Source: Sarea resinae (lineage: Eukaryota). From it: 64,000 nucleotides of DNA. Positions within the stretch are counted from its first letter, which is position 1; every line of letters starts with the position of its first letter. The DNA is taken from positions 62,001 to 126,000 of the forward strand of contig JAPEUD010000038.1 in the NCBI GenBank assembly GCA_026026165.1, written 5' to 3'. This document shows, piece by piece, positions 13,342-25,969 of this stretch. A program made the translations under genes and the position numbers. The notes below the pieces were generated by a model that was given only the letters and a program-made list of their open reading frames with translations, made no database searches and had not been told where the DNA came from.

Positions 13342-14110
13342 AGACCAGCCAGCACCAGTCAGCACTAGAGCCCAGACGAACGAGACTGAAACCGACTTTA
13401 CCTATTCACTCTAGGTAAAACCATCTTGTTGTCTGTTCTCTTATTTTTTTGGGGGGGGGGAGGGTTTCTGAGAAGGATATACTAGTGAGTGAGTGAGTGA
13501 GTGAGTGAGTGAATAAGTGGGTGAGTAGGTGAGTAGGTAGGTATGTTAGATTTTGCTGGCTAGTTGGCTAGTTGGCTGGCTGGGTGGCTGGGTGGCTGGG
13601 TGGGCAAGGGGGTTCTGGGTAAGGGTTCTAGGTAAGGGGGTTCCAGGGTTGCTAGGGTTCTAGGCTAGGAGGGCGGGAGTAGGAGTAGGCTTGTTGTTGT
13701 CGTTCTCGTTAGGGGGGCAGTGGTGGTGATGGTGGTGTTTAGGGGGAGTAAGAGATGAGGATAAGGGATAAGGGATGAGGGATAAGGGATAAGGGATGAG
13801 GGATGAGGGATGAGGACAGTGGGTATGTATAGGGGTTTTCTAGATTTAGTGATATATAGATAGATGGATAGAGTGACGGATAGAGTGACGGATAGATAGA
13901 TGCGTGTATAGCTGCGGATCAATAAGGGATAAAGGGGAGTCGAAACACAATATTAAAACGCCGCGCCGTTTCCACTATCCACTCTTCTGTCGTATGAGAC
14001 AAGAGAGAGAGAGAGAGAGAGAGAGAGGATACGAGAGCGCCGATGTAAAATACAAAAGACTAGAGACAAAAACACGAGAGACGAGAGCTCAGGGGACGGA
14101 ATGAACAAAA
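13060..14110. repeat. Compound microsatellite/low-complexity island: (CCCTA)n, (CTCTT)n, poly-C, (CT)n, poly-T/poly-G, (GTGA)n, (GGCTGGGT)n, (GGGATRA)n, (GA)n
   Basis: Tandem arrays visible directly between two convergent genes. Confidence 0.9.
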
Positions 14111-14506
14111 TGGATAGATAGGTCGAGGAAGAGAGAACAATATATCTGTCATTAAAAGTACATGCATTTTTGGACCGTGAGTATCAAGTATGATGGGCTT
14201 GCTAGCCCCGCGTCTGACCCTGCCATGCCATGCAGAGATTCGGGGAGCTAAACCGTTCCCTATTCAGAGTCCCTATTAAGAGTCTCCGACTCTCTCCTCC
14301 TGCGCGGGTTCGAAGGGGATATAGCGTAGGGACTGTTCCTCTCTACTCCCCTTCTACCTTCAGCCGCGTGCTAGAGACAAAGCCGTCAAATCATCTTCAT
14401 TCGCACCCCCACCCACCCATCCCTGAAAAGCCCTGGACCCTTTCCACTCCAACCTGCACATATAGCCGAGAGTTTCATCCCTCCATCCAATTCGTCCCGT
14501 CCGCCC

Positions 14507-15280
14507 TTAAATAATCATCTGCGCGACACCATGGCCACCCAACGTCTTGCTTCCCTGGAATTCCTGGTGCTTGACCGAGGCCAGCGCGTAGAAGGCTGCA
14601 GCGAATAAAAGCACAACTGCGGCTGCGATCAACGAGGTGGCATCGACGATGATACTGAGCCATTGGACGATGCTCATGATGAGGTAGATGACGGCGCGCA
14701 TCCAGTTGGTCTCGAATTTCCGGATGAACTGGTCGAACTTCGGGGAGGTGGGGCAGATGCGGAGGAGGAGGGGGACCTCAATGAAGAGGATGACAAAGGA
14801 TGAGGCGCTAGAACGAAGATCGTGATGGTGAGCTTCGGCTGCGAGAGGCGTAGGCACCGAGGGAGAACGTGTGCTTACAGGCATATTACACTGAAGATGA
14901 TGACCAGGGGATGGCCGAAATGGAAGATGTTGGCTATGCCCAAGGCGAAGCATAAAACCATACACAGAACGCCGGTCCTTGGACACGGTCAGCTTTCGCA
15001 TTCTTGTCTATGCCATATTGTCTCGGGCGGATCTTCTGGAAAGCGAAGAGGCTTCAGATTCAAGTCACGCGGGAAGTCCTGCCGATGTGCGCCCATCTGC
15101 GCAAACGGCTGTGGGAGAGACATGACTCTATTGATGGAGACGACGAAATGAGAGCTCAGCTTACCACTGCCCGTAAATACCTGCACGAGGAAGAACGCAG
15201 GTCAACGCTTGTCGCATATCTCAAGTACCGCATCTGCACTTACTGAAATTCCGAGACTTGAACTCCTCGGCCAACGTCAT
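14507..15280 (-). CDS. TVP18: Golgi membrane protein Tvp18 (Cg6151/FLOWER family)
   Basis: Exons 15280-15244, 15180-15165, 14977-14879, 14807-14507 give MTLAEEFKSRNFSIYGQWTGVLCMVLCFALGIANIF...ILFIEVPLLLRICPTS...KTLGGHGVAQMII. Confidence 0.92.
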
Positions 15281-16365
15281 CTTGCCGTGAGCTCTTCGAG
15301 TCGTAAGTCGTGATCGTGGTCAAGCTGGCGGCGAGGCTCAGGATGCTGTCCGAGGTGCTTTTCAGGCAGAGACTTTGTTCACGAGCGAGCACCGAATATG
15401 TACGAGGGCAGCCGCTTGAAGCGACAGAGGGAATGTGGATTCAGAGGAGCCTCGTAATGTCGCGTTGATGCCTTTTGATGCTGGATAGCTATTATCGCTG
15501 ACGATTATGTTTTGGCCGTAGGTTGAAGCTGCGTATACAATTGAGTTCATTGCACGTCTCAACTGCTACGCGGCCTCCTTCGGTCTTGGCAGGGTTCATG
15601 TCATTTTGGCGAACGGCGGAACTTTAGCCGCAAACCACTCTCAACAGATGCGACAACAATAGAAACCAAAATCCTTCCACGGCGCTTTTTCACACAGGTT
15701 AGCATGAATCTACGACGGCTCCTATTTGATATGTCTATCATGATGGGTACAATTCTCTCTATGAAATCATCCACAGTGGCGTTTCTGTCCCGTTGTTGCA
15801 ATGCCTACCTATCCTGTGCTAGAGCCTCGCAGGCCCGAGGCCATTAGCGAGTGATGCCTGGCTTCGGTGCGCAACGAGTGTTGCGGTGACTCCTAGGCTT
15901 CAAAGTACGCACCAGAAGCATGAGTATGACTTGGTGCTCATGTGCAGTGTTGGCTCCTGGGGGGACCTTGGCTATCAAGCAGACTATGCAAAGATCTGGA
16001 CATATGGCTTTGTCCGAGGATCAGACAGGGAGGCGTATATCAAGTCAACGAGCTAAGCCCCAAGAAAAGCCCATAGGTGAAACGATCATTGATATAGGTA
16101 TAAGATCAGTCACTCCAGAGGATACCACCAGACTTAAATCATCATCTGTTGCCAAGACTTTGGCCCATAGTCTATTCTTGAGATGCCACTAAAATTCGGA
16201 TTGCGGAACGCTTTTGAAAACAAGCCGATGTAAAGATTGGCAAAAGGCATGTGGATGCTGACAACAGTTCCCCGCGAGATATTGACCCGTCAATAAAAAC
16301 AGTCGAGTCTCAACGACGTCTCGACATGAGCTAGACACTTGTCGTCATGGAGGAGTGCCTCGTTT

Positions 16366-17236
16366 CTAGGCAGCGGGGTAGACTAAACGGAAGACGTCGT
16401 TGAAGACAAAGTAGCTCCCTTGGCCGTCGGGGAGCAGTTGGAAAGTTTGCGTGTAGCTCATCGGCTTCTGTTCTTCATCGACCTGTCCCAATGAAGATGA
16501 GAAGTGAGTGACCGGCTTAGAACAACAGATGCTGGATGGCTGATATTGATAAGAGTACGCACCAGCAGCGCTCCTGTGACCATCACGATGATACCCCCCG
16601 CCCCGCCTGATGGCTGGGCATCTGCAGTCGAATACTGATGCTGAACCTTTTGGAAAGGTAGGGACTTCGGAGATCTTAGTAAACAGGGCTAATGTTTTGT
16701 ACGGCCTAGTCACGCCATCTAGGCAAACACTTCTGTGGATGGTGAAACGTACTCCTAATTTCTCCACAATCTGGGCTGCTCCCTGTACAGGGTTACCCTC
16801 GAACGTGAGCATGGACTCATCTCGCTATAGCAGTCACAGGTCAATAGTCAGTCAGATACGGGTCATCCGGGACGATGAAGTGCAGCATACGTAGAGCATG
16901 GCGAGGTTCTGACGGTTTTCATCGAAAGTCTTGTAGTAGAATGCCACGAACTGGTCTGCGCGCACAATCAGTCTCTGCAATGAGCGAGTGCTTCTGTTAT
17001 AGAGAAGCATCTTCGCAAGAGCGCATGAGAGTCATCGTCGGGATGGTCCAGGATGCTTACCAGCAACGGCTTTGAAGTCTGTAGAGGAGTGATCGTCAAT
17101 ATATTTTCAGATAATTGGAGCTCTCAACATGTATTTGCCCCGTCTTCCTGGGTCAAAGAGATAAAAGGGGATCGACGATTGTGTAAATGCGCATAACAAG
17201 ATGCGCAAGATGTCATGGTTCTTGCCTACCTCCCAT
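16366..17236 (-). CDS. NTF2: Nuclear transport factor 2
   Basis: Six exons 17236-17230, 17078-17061, 16955-16891, 16824-16753, 16664-16563, 16482-16366 give [40 protein letters not shown]...SLPFQKVQHQ...FVFNDVFRLVYPAA. Confidence 0.93.
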
Positions 17237-20084
17237 GGTGCTTTTCGCAGCTCTTTAGCAGAGACAGCTAAAACTCAAGTTGTGAAAAAGAGACGAGGAG
17301 AGGCGAGGGCAGCGTGTGATGGTTGTGAATCCTGATCAGGGGCACGATGGGATAGAAATGTCCAGTGTTTTGCGGAGAGAGGGAAGAGAGGGAACTTTTG
17401 AGGCCTGATCTGGTGGGGTTGGACAACATCACAAGTACCGAGTGGGATGACCCCAAAGGGTTTAGCGTTCTAGCGCAGAAAATCCCCAGCAACCAATTTC
17501 TCTTCTCTCACGCACACACCTCTCCCTCCCAATCCTCTACACCTGCCACCACCATCTGACAACATGAAGCAGAACTTGTTGTGCTCTTCTGCGAGGCATT
17601 GTCAACTCTGTCAGATTGGGCAGCGATGAGTGATCTCGAGACCTGATCTCTTGCAAGGTACGATATATCCAGTCCGCCACGTCCTGCTCTACTCGAATGA
17701 TGACTCAACCAACATGCATGATTTTTCATGATATTGCAACCCAAAATATATCAAGCTCAACAGTCTGACCTTACGCACCCGACACTTTCTTCATATTCAT
17801 ACCGTGCTCTATAAGAAGAGACGAGGCTAATCTACTGTCTCTTAGTCTTCCGTCTTCCTCGAGTCGCGGATCGGCGGTATCAGATAACATCGTCTCGTAT
17901 ATGTGAATCTATTGACACTACTGGCTCATCTCGCTTTGGCACCTTGATAAAATTGCTGTGTACACCTGATGAGTATGAGTATAATGCCTCATCCAAATCT
18001 TTCGAGAGACAGGTTGTCAAACCTTGATTGAGCCTGTCGTGTGTTCTCTGGCCATTTAAATTTCGTTGATGTTGATCGGATTTGGAGAAGAAAAATCTAT
18101 TAGGGGTAATTGAATTGTTGGTGTATATCGGAAAGTATTCGAGGGCTCTTTCTACTAATGAAAAGGATGGATGAACGTCGAACAAGGCAATAACACCGGA
18201 TTCATGAGGTCGGATGCGAAGATATAGCAGCTCAAATCAAACGCAAGGTTGTCTGCTAGAGGCATTGGAAAGTCGTTTAGAATACCATTATCTATGGAAT
18301 GTTATGTGCGATTACTTTTCACAGGGTAGGAAGAGTTGGGGCATCTCCAATAGAAAGCAGCAATGCCAATCCATGTCTTCAAGGACCTGGTCTAGTGATG
18401 AGCATGCTAAGGACTGAAGCTTCCTGCGTAGTGAGAAGCGACAGTAGTGGCCTGGAGCATTGATTATTGACCAAAGTCACTACCGGTGGTAAAAGATATG
18501 GGATTGTTGAAACATCTTGGATGAGGTAGTTAGTCATTTTGAAATATCTGAATTCATCGAGGAAGTAGAGCAAGCATGAAGGGCTTCCGTTGCGTTTCCG
18601 TCGCTCAGCGATGCTTGTTCTGGTGCGCGTGGAAGTATCGAGATAGAAATCGCCTTCCATTTACGCCATGCCTATTCCCATCTGTTTGCAATGATTGGCG
18701 AGCCAGTTTCCTCTTCTTTGCGAGTCCGGTCTGGACGACGGAATATCAGCCAGCAAATCCGCGTGCCTTTGCCTCCGCGCCTGGGAGACGGGTACGAGGG
18801 TACTGAGCGAGATGAAGCAAGAGTGTATGAATACAGAAAAGGGGAGGAAAGATAGCTTAGGATAGGGCTCCTCGATCTCGAATGGTGCCATGATCCTGGA
18901 AAAACAGCAAGAAAGTTCTATTCCAAGGTCGTCGCGATCTTGCAATGCTTGACCTGTGAGCTAGCCATCAAATAGCATAGTAGATCGAGCGAAAGCAAAA
19001 CATCTGGAAGCATACATACTGCAGCAAGGTAAGTGGATCGCACGAGTACCCTTACTAGACGGGACACGAACAGCGTACGTGTGTGGATGCGTCCTCGAGC
19101 ACGCGACCCTCAGCCGTACGATTGACGTAGTTGCATCTCACCTGTACCTCTTTCGGATGCAGCCACATTCGTTGTGGCGACGAGAATCCGATGATCTGAA
19201 ATTGAAAGCCCGAGGAGGCGGAGCGGGTCCACTCCAATACCTTATGTATGGAAGGGCTAGAAAGACAAAGCAAGCTGGGGTCGGAGTGGAGGAGATGGCG
19301 CGCTTCTGCACGTCTGCACGTCCATTCGGTACTCTACTCCGCAGGGTACAGGCCATGTACAGGCTGGACGTCCTTCTGGTCGCACGAGTACGCGCCGACC
19401 TGTTGCTGGTGCAACTACGCTCTTTCCGGCCTAGAGCTCGCACGAAATCTCCAAGCGTCCGTCCAGTCTTGACTCCATAGAGAGCCTCCGGGGCTGTCTG
19501 CGCTCACCGGAGGGACTGGAGAACACAGACTCGCGCGATGGATGAGATGTCTCTGGACCTTTCGCAGATATCGTACGCAAGTGAGATCTCTTTTTTCTGA
19601 TCAACCTGCGACGGACCATTAGGTGCTGTCGCTGAAGCTCTGGCAAGATACCTTGATCGACTTGATCCCTTGAGCGCATCCGCATGCAGCTCGAAGATCA
19701 TAGAAGTACAACTGGGAAGAGAAGAGAGTGACGCGTTTGCGACGGTGTCACGTGCTTTCGGTCTGAGATGAATTTCAATCAGATAACAGATATTGATGGG
19801 AACTGTGAATCAGGATGCGGCCTCGCGGTACTTCGTAGGTACCCGCGTACGGGGAAGTGACCTGGCCAGCAAGTATCGGGAACACGCTGCAGGGGAATGG
19901 AAAGTGTGCGGAAAGCTGCAGCATTGCACGCCGGAGGGCGAAAGAGAGCCTGGCGATGCAAGCGCCAGGGGGTGCTGCCCGACCAAAGAGGTACCGTGCC
20001 CCGGGTATCCCAAGTACTGGATACTTGCCCCGTCTCCTTTTCATGGTGTGATGAGATATGCCCCGTCCCGGCGTAAGCGAGGTG

Positions 20085-20104
20085 TGAGTCAGTGAATATA
20101 AATA
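20085..20104 (+). promoter_or_regulatory. TGAGTCA (Gcn4/CpcA/AP-1-type site) next to a TATAAATA box; probable TBP core promoter
   Basis: TGAGTCA at 20085-20091 and TATAAATA at 20097-20104, immediately before a long pyrimidine-rich ATG-free tract that leads to the TBP ATG. Confidence 0.5.
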
Positions 20105-21026
20105 CATTCGACTTCCCCCCGTTGGATTTTTGCAAAAGAAGCGACCCATCTTTGTCTTGGTCTTGGCGTGTCGTGTTGCGAATCCCTACCATCCTTTCCA
20201 CCCCGCCACAACCACCGCCAACGACTATTCAAATAATACTCATCACGTCAACACCAACCACTTTTGAACTCCATCCATCTCGCACCTCATAGATAGAGAC
20301 ATTTGTCCCCAAATCTCTCTACTCTTAGCTGACATAAGAGGCCTCTTGCTCGCTCTCACCACCCGATAACACTTCACTGTGCGATATCTTCACTCTCTAT
20401 TACACCCGAGATAGACTTTCGAGATCATCATCTCGATTGCTTTGCGCTTCATCGACACTGTGCCGCACTGACAACTTGGTTGTCCGCGTCTCACTTGCGC
20501 ACCTCGAAAGTATTCGACGTCAACGTCAGACATACTTGAACTGGTTAAGGCTTGCTGGTCTCAACTTGCCATCTTCAAATCTGTCGTCGCTGTTGGCGCA
20601 TCGATCATCCGGTCGCATTCACCTCAGTTAGCCTTCGGTTGAGCAGCTACTGTAGGGGAGACATTGAGTTGTTTATCTCCCACATTCGGTACGACTTCAC
20701 ACCTCAACCTCCCATCGCTCCTTCCATCTCTCCAGCTTTCGCATCTCCCAACTCGCTTAGCCGTCGCGCAGCAGCCTTCATCAGAGGGCTTCTCGTCGGC
20801 GTGCTCATCCTTCACCACTAAACAACATCTCCAAATCCCATCAACATCATCACTTCACACTTCCCAACCTCTCGAACTCATCATTTCGATCCATCATCCA
20901 TCTCTCAAACCCAGCGCTCCATCAATTCATAAGTTCTGACATCATACACCACTCAGTCTGCTGAATCCATCTCGGATCTCTATCAAGAGTCATCAGCGTT
21001 CACAAGTTACGCGTTCATCAGCAATC

Positions 21027-21993
21027 ATGATGGATACTCTGACAACCCATCCCTCCACCGCTCAACAGGCCAAGGCCTTCACCTCGTCCGCTTCGCTGTC
21101 CTTCCCGGGTGGTGCCGGTGAACTCACTCCACCTTCATCAGAGAAGGAAGGCGTTCAGAACGGCAATTCAGGAGCGAATGGCGTGAACGGCTACCCAAAT
21201 AGTCAGCAGCAGGGCGCAAACGCCGCTGGGTCCGGCAATGGGGTGACTCCCGCAACCCCTGCTGCGACTCCTGGCGCGAGTCAAGGTGTTAGCGGTATTG
21301 TGCCTACTTTACAGTGAGTATTACCCTTCACCTCGTTGATGTTTCACGAGGCTCAAATTGCATGCTCTAAAGAAACATCGTCGCCACCGTCAATCTTGAT
21401 TGTCGTCTGGACCTCAAGACGATCGCGCTGCATGCGAGAAATGCTGAATACAACCCAAAGGTACTGACACGCAACATCAGCGATCATTATTCTTGCTAAA
21501 TTTTGATTCATAGCGTTTTGCGGCCGTGATTATGCGAATCCGAGAGCCCAAGACGACTGCTTTGATCTTTGCTTCGGGAAAGATGGTGGTGACCGGCGCA
21601 AAGTCAGAAGACGACTCAAAACTGGCGTCGAGGAAATACGCTCGTATTATCCAGAAACTTGGTTTCAACGCCAAGTTTACTGACTTCAAGATCCAAAATA
21701 TTGTGGGCTCGTGCGATATCAAGTTCCCGATTCGCCTCGAGGGCCTTGCTAGTCGCCATCACCATTTCAGCTCTTACGAGCCTGAGCTTTTCCCGGGTTT
21801 GATCTATCGTATGATCAAGCCTAAGATCGTGCTCCTCATCTTCGTCAGTGGCAAAATTGTCCTGACTGGTGCAAAAGTTCGCGAAGAGATCTACCAAGCG
21901 TTTGAACTCATCTATCCTGTTTTGTCCGGTCAGTTGTTCCCGTGCTGTTCTCTTGGCCTCCAACTGACTGTCACAGATTTCCGAAAAGTCTAG
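21027..21993 (+). CDS. SPT15: TATA-box binding protein
   Basis: Exons 21027-21313, 21373-21460, 21514-21928, 21977-21993. [60 protein letters not shown]...[13 protein letters not shown]. Confidence 0.98.
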
Positions 21994-22933
21994 GCTTTCG
22001 ATTGAACCCGGCCGTCAACCGATCTCGGTGTACTCTCCCCCAACGCGGCCTAGTAATGTGCTCTTGCACACTTCGCCGTTTGTATTACTACCATTTTCCC
22101 ATTCGTGGCACGACCCGCATCAGAAAAGTCTTTTGCGATGTCGATTACCTCCTGCCATCCTTTCCGAATCTTTGACGATTCCACCTGGTTGATGCCCGCC
22201 TTTCATCCTCCGAGTGCTTTATTTTCCATCCTAATTCGAGAGCTGCATTGCAAGGTGTTCAATGGCGCAATCCACCCTTTTAGATTAAGGGCTCTTTTTA
22301 CAGTGTTCTTTCAGCGTGCTCGTGTTCACATTTCTCTTTTCTTTAGAAAGCCGCACACGCTGGACTTTACGGCGGTATGTGCGCTGGTCGATGGGTGCCG
22401 TCTAATTTGTTCTTCGCACCAGTTTTCAGTGTCCAGGAACGTAGTTTCTGTTGGCGCAGAAGGTGGAAGTTTGAGATTGAGGGGAGGTGGTGGGAGATGA
22501 AGCAATTGGGTGCCATAGCCGCCCAGATTGATCAAGCTAGTCTTATTTACGCAAGTCTGCGTCAAAGACGATTCTCGCAAAGGGACGTCATCCTGCGGAT
22601 TAGTTTGCATACGAGCTTGTTCTCGCGGTCTTCGACGAGATTAGCTATTTCAAGTAGTAGCACTGAAACAGAAAAAAACCGAATCAATCAAACCGGCCAG
22701 GACAATTGTCTCGTGAATCTTGCTTGCCTTGTTGATCTTCCATTATGACTACGTATTCTTGCGCGGCGATCGTTCGTAAGATCTACAGTCTCCGCGCCGA
22801 TACCGCTGCCCCGCTACCTCTCAACTATAGGGCGTAACTTGCTTCCACAAGATAAAAGCTAGGTGCTAGGTAACAGATCCTCGAAGGTCAATCTACCTGC
22901 ATCCTACTACGCATATCTTGAAATTGTCGTACA

Positions 22934-24429
22934 ATGGGCACGCAGAGACCGCCTTCTTCGATCCTCGTTGTTGGCTCTGGCGTCTTTGGATGTGAGTCGC
23001 CCGCAATTTCGACAATGGGGTCTCTATGATTGAAAGAGGGCCGATCATCATCTACAACGCATCATCTTCAATCATGGTGAACCCTCACTTAGAGTCCGTC
23101 GACACTCTACTAAGACCTTCTATTGAACAGTGTCCACGGCCCTCGCACTAGCCAATGACGCATCGTATAAGCACACTCGAATAACCCTCCTGGATCGTCT
23201 TCCTTTTCCGCCGCCAGACATTTCCAGCATTGATACGTCCCGGATCATCCGACCAGACTACGCGGACCCGGCATATAGCCAACTTGCAGCGGAGGCGCAG
23301 ACTCTATGGCGAAACAGTGAATGGGGGGCCGAGGGGCGATATACCGAGAGTGGCTTGGTCCTCACGAGTGAGAAGGGAAAGCATGATTATGTGAAGTCTA
23401 GCCTGGATAATGTGAGAAGGCTGGAATCCAAAGAAGGCAATCTGAGGATTCAGGAGCTGAAGAATAGGGTTGAAGTTGAAGAAACCGTGCGAATTGGTGG
23501 CGGCAGCGGAGACTGGGGCTATGTCAATTGGAATAGCGGGTGGGCCAATGCGGAAGCTGCTATGATTTTTGCTCGACAAAAGCTTGAGAAGTCCGGTCGC
23601 GTCGACTGCCGTTTGGGAGAGGTCAAGAGGCTACTCATACGGGACGGCTGCAGAGTTGAAGGTGTGGAGCTCGCCCAAGGCGGGAAGATCACGGCGGAAT
23701 TAGTCGTGCTGGCAACAGGCGCTTGGACGGCGAAGTTTGTAGATCTCCAAGGTCGGGCAGAGTCTACTGGACAAGTCCTCGCCTACATTGACATCACCGA
23801 CGAGGAGCAGAAGCGCTTGGAGAAAATGCCGGTGCTGCTGAATATGAGTACGGGAATGTTCATCATTCCTCCTCGAGAGAATTTGCTCAAGGTTGCGAGA
23901 CATGGATACGGTTACACTAATCCGACGAGAATTCCTCACCCTGAAAAGGATGGAAGCTTTGTTCGAGTGAGCGTGCCGAGGACGCATGTTGATGCCCCCG
24001 AGCAATGGATACCGAAAGAGGGCGAGGATGCATGCCGAAAGGCGCTGAAGGAGATGATTCCGGCCCTAGGAGACCGGCCATGGAAAATGACGCGGATATG
24101 TTGGTATACTGACACGTATGTCCGCTCCATCCTCCAAAGCGCGTTGCTGATGATAATTTAGACCCAAGGGTGACTTCCTGATCACATATCATCCTCAATA
24201 TGAAGGGCTCTTCCTTGCTACTGGAGGCAGCGGGCATGGATTCAAGTTCCTGCCCGTTATTGGAGAGAAGATCGTTCAAGCTATCAGACGAAACACCCCC
24301 AAGGAGTTCAAAGAGAAATGGGCGTGGCCGAAGCCCACTTCTGGTCCTGTAGTAACAGAGGATGGCAGCCGAGGAGATAGGAAGGGCATGGTTTTGGATG
24401 AGGAGTTGAGGAAAGGGAGCAGGCTATAG
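22934..24429 (+). CDS. FAD-dependent oxidoreductase of the sarcosine/L-pipecolate/fructosyl-amine oxidase family, with C-terminal PTS1 (SRL)
   Basis: Exons 22934-22991, 23131-24115, 24162-24429. VGSGVFGLSTA FAD motif, DTSRIIRPDY, RICWYTDTPKGDFLI, ATGGSGHGFKFLPVIG; ends KGSRL*. Confidence 0.92.
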
Positions 24430-24823
24430 GATGGATGAGCATACCTCCTCGAGACTTGAAAGAAAATCTCTGTCTTCAGGATAGATCGAATAGAATAGGC
24501 CACTTGAGAGAGTACCAATTTGAAGAGCTCTTTTTAGAAACACTCAAGAGCATTGAATATTGAGTCGGTGAAATCATCGATATTAGTAGAGAAGTTCGGC
24601 CAGCCTTCAAGGCCCGGCCCACTGCGCCGCCGATCGGAGAAACAAATCCCCGGTTATCAACATCACGGTGCATTAGATCTGACCTCCGCGTAATTTTCTA
24701 GGAGGACTTGATCAACATTCAATAATCGGGAACTCCCACAAGTCACAACAGTCTTGGTATCCGATCGCACGATGACACAGCATCCTTAACGCCCATCTCC
24801 ATTCTAAGTTGGTCTCGAGATCT

Positions 24824-25969
24824 ATGAGTGGTGGTAGTAAGGGGAAATGTGGGGGCCAGCCGCTTCCCCGGCGCAATAATGCGTCAAAACCGCTGACTTA
24901 CAAGTATGACATCCCAATGACTGCTCCCACTTCAATGGGGCATACTGGTCCTAAAGAAGGCTTGCTCATTATCTATTAGGCCCGCCTCTCCAAGGAGACG
25001 AGCTCCTCAACCTCAAGCACCCCTCCCGTCTCCAGGAAAACCACTACGGTCCCGGAAAGGCGCCTGGATCATCGGAGGCTTAGCCCTCTACTCCTTCACC
25101 GCATATGGCGCATACCTGTTCTACGCCTACAAACGGGCCATTGAAGAATCCCAGAATCTGGACGTCCCCGTAGATGTGTTGGATCGGTACGATGAAACGG
25201 CCGAGGGATACGACAGCGAAGTCAGCACCGCTGAGTGGATAACGGGCTTACTACGATTGAGGAAAAAGTTGGCGCGGGAGGCGCAGGGAGATGTGCTTGA
25301 GGTGGCTGTGGGCACGGGTAGAAACATGGAATACTACCCGCTGGACAAGTGTCGGAGCCTTACGATGGTGGATCAGAGCAAGCAGATGATCGAGGTTGCA
25401 AGAAGGAAATTTCAAGGTATGGCGGCTACCTATTTCTGCCCTCGTCCGCCCCGCTCCAAAGCCTTCCCGGGCTTCGTTCTGTCATAGACACGAGAGAGAT
25501 GAATGAAAGACTGATGAAGACCCGCCTTCCAGAACTGCACCCTGAATACGCCAACCTTACCTTCCGCACCACCTCGGCCGAATCCCCCATCCCCTCACCC
25601 CCGGCCCAAGGTTTCGACACCGTCATCCAAACCATGGGTCTCTGCTCGACTCCACGGCCAGCCCTTCTCCTCCAAAACATCGGCGCCGTCACGAATCCAG
25701 AGCATGGGCGGATCCTTCTACTCGAGCACGGCCGCTCGCATTACCGGTGGCTGAACAATATCCTCGATAACCTGGCGCCGGTGCACGCGCATAGGTACGG
25801 GTGCTGGTGGAACCGGGACATTGGACGCATTGTGGAGGAGAGCGGCCTCGAAGTCGTCCGTGTCAAACGATATCACATGGGGACTACGTGGTGGGTTGAG
25901 CTGCGGCCCAAGAGCAGAACCTTAGAGAGTAGCAGTGAGGGAAAGAAGGAAGCAGAGAAGAAAGCCTAA
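24824..25969 (+). CDS. OMS1: Class I SAM-dependent methyltransferase, OMS1-like (N-terminal TM helix); first exon uncertain
   Basis: Exons 24824-24903 (tentative), 24980-25416, 25533-25969. TM WIIGGLALYSFTAYGAYLFYAY, VLEVAVGTGRN, FDTVIQTMGLCS, LLEHGRS, GCWWNRDI. Confidence 0.8.

Noticed and set aside
14978..15164. 187-nt TVP18 intron as a possible stwintron or snoRNA host
   Set aside because: No nested donor is reconstituted and no box C/D pair was found.
17880..18945. Chain of minus-strand ORFs in the NTF2-TBP gap, two of them in the same frame
   Set aside because: No recognisable domain or consistent splice signals; a pseudogene cannot be supported without a homology search.
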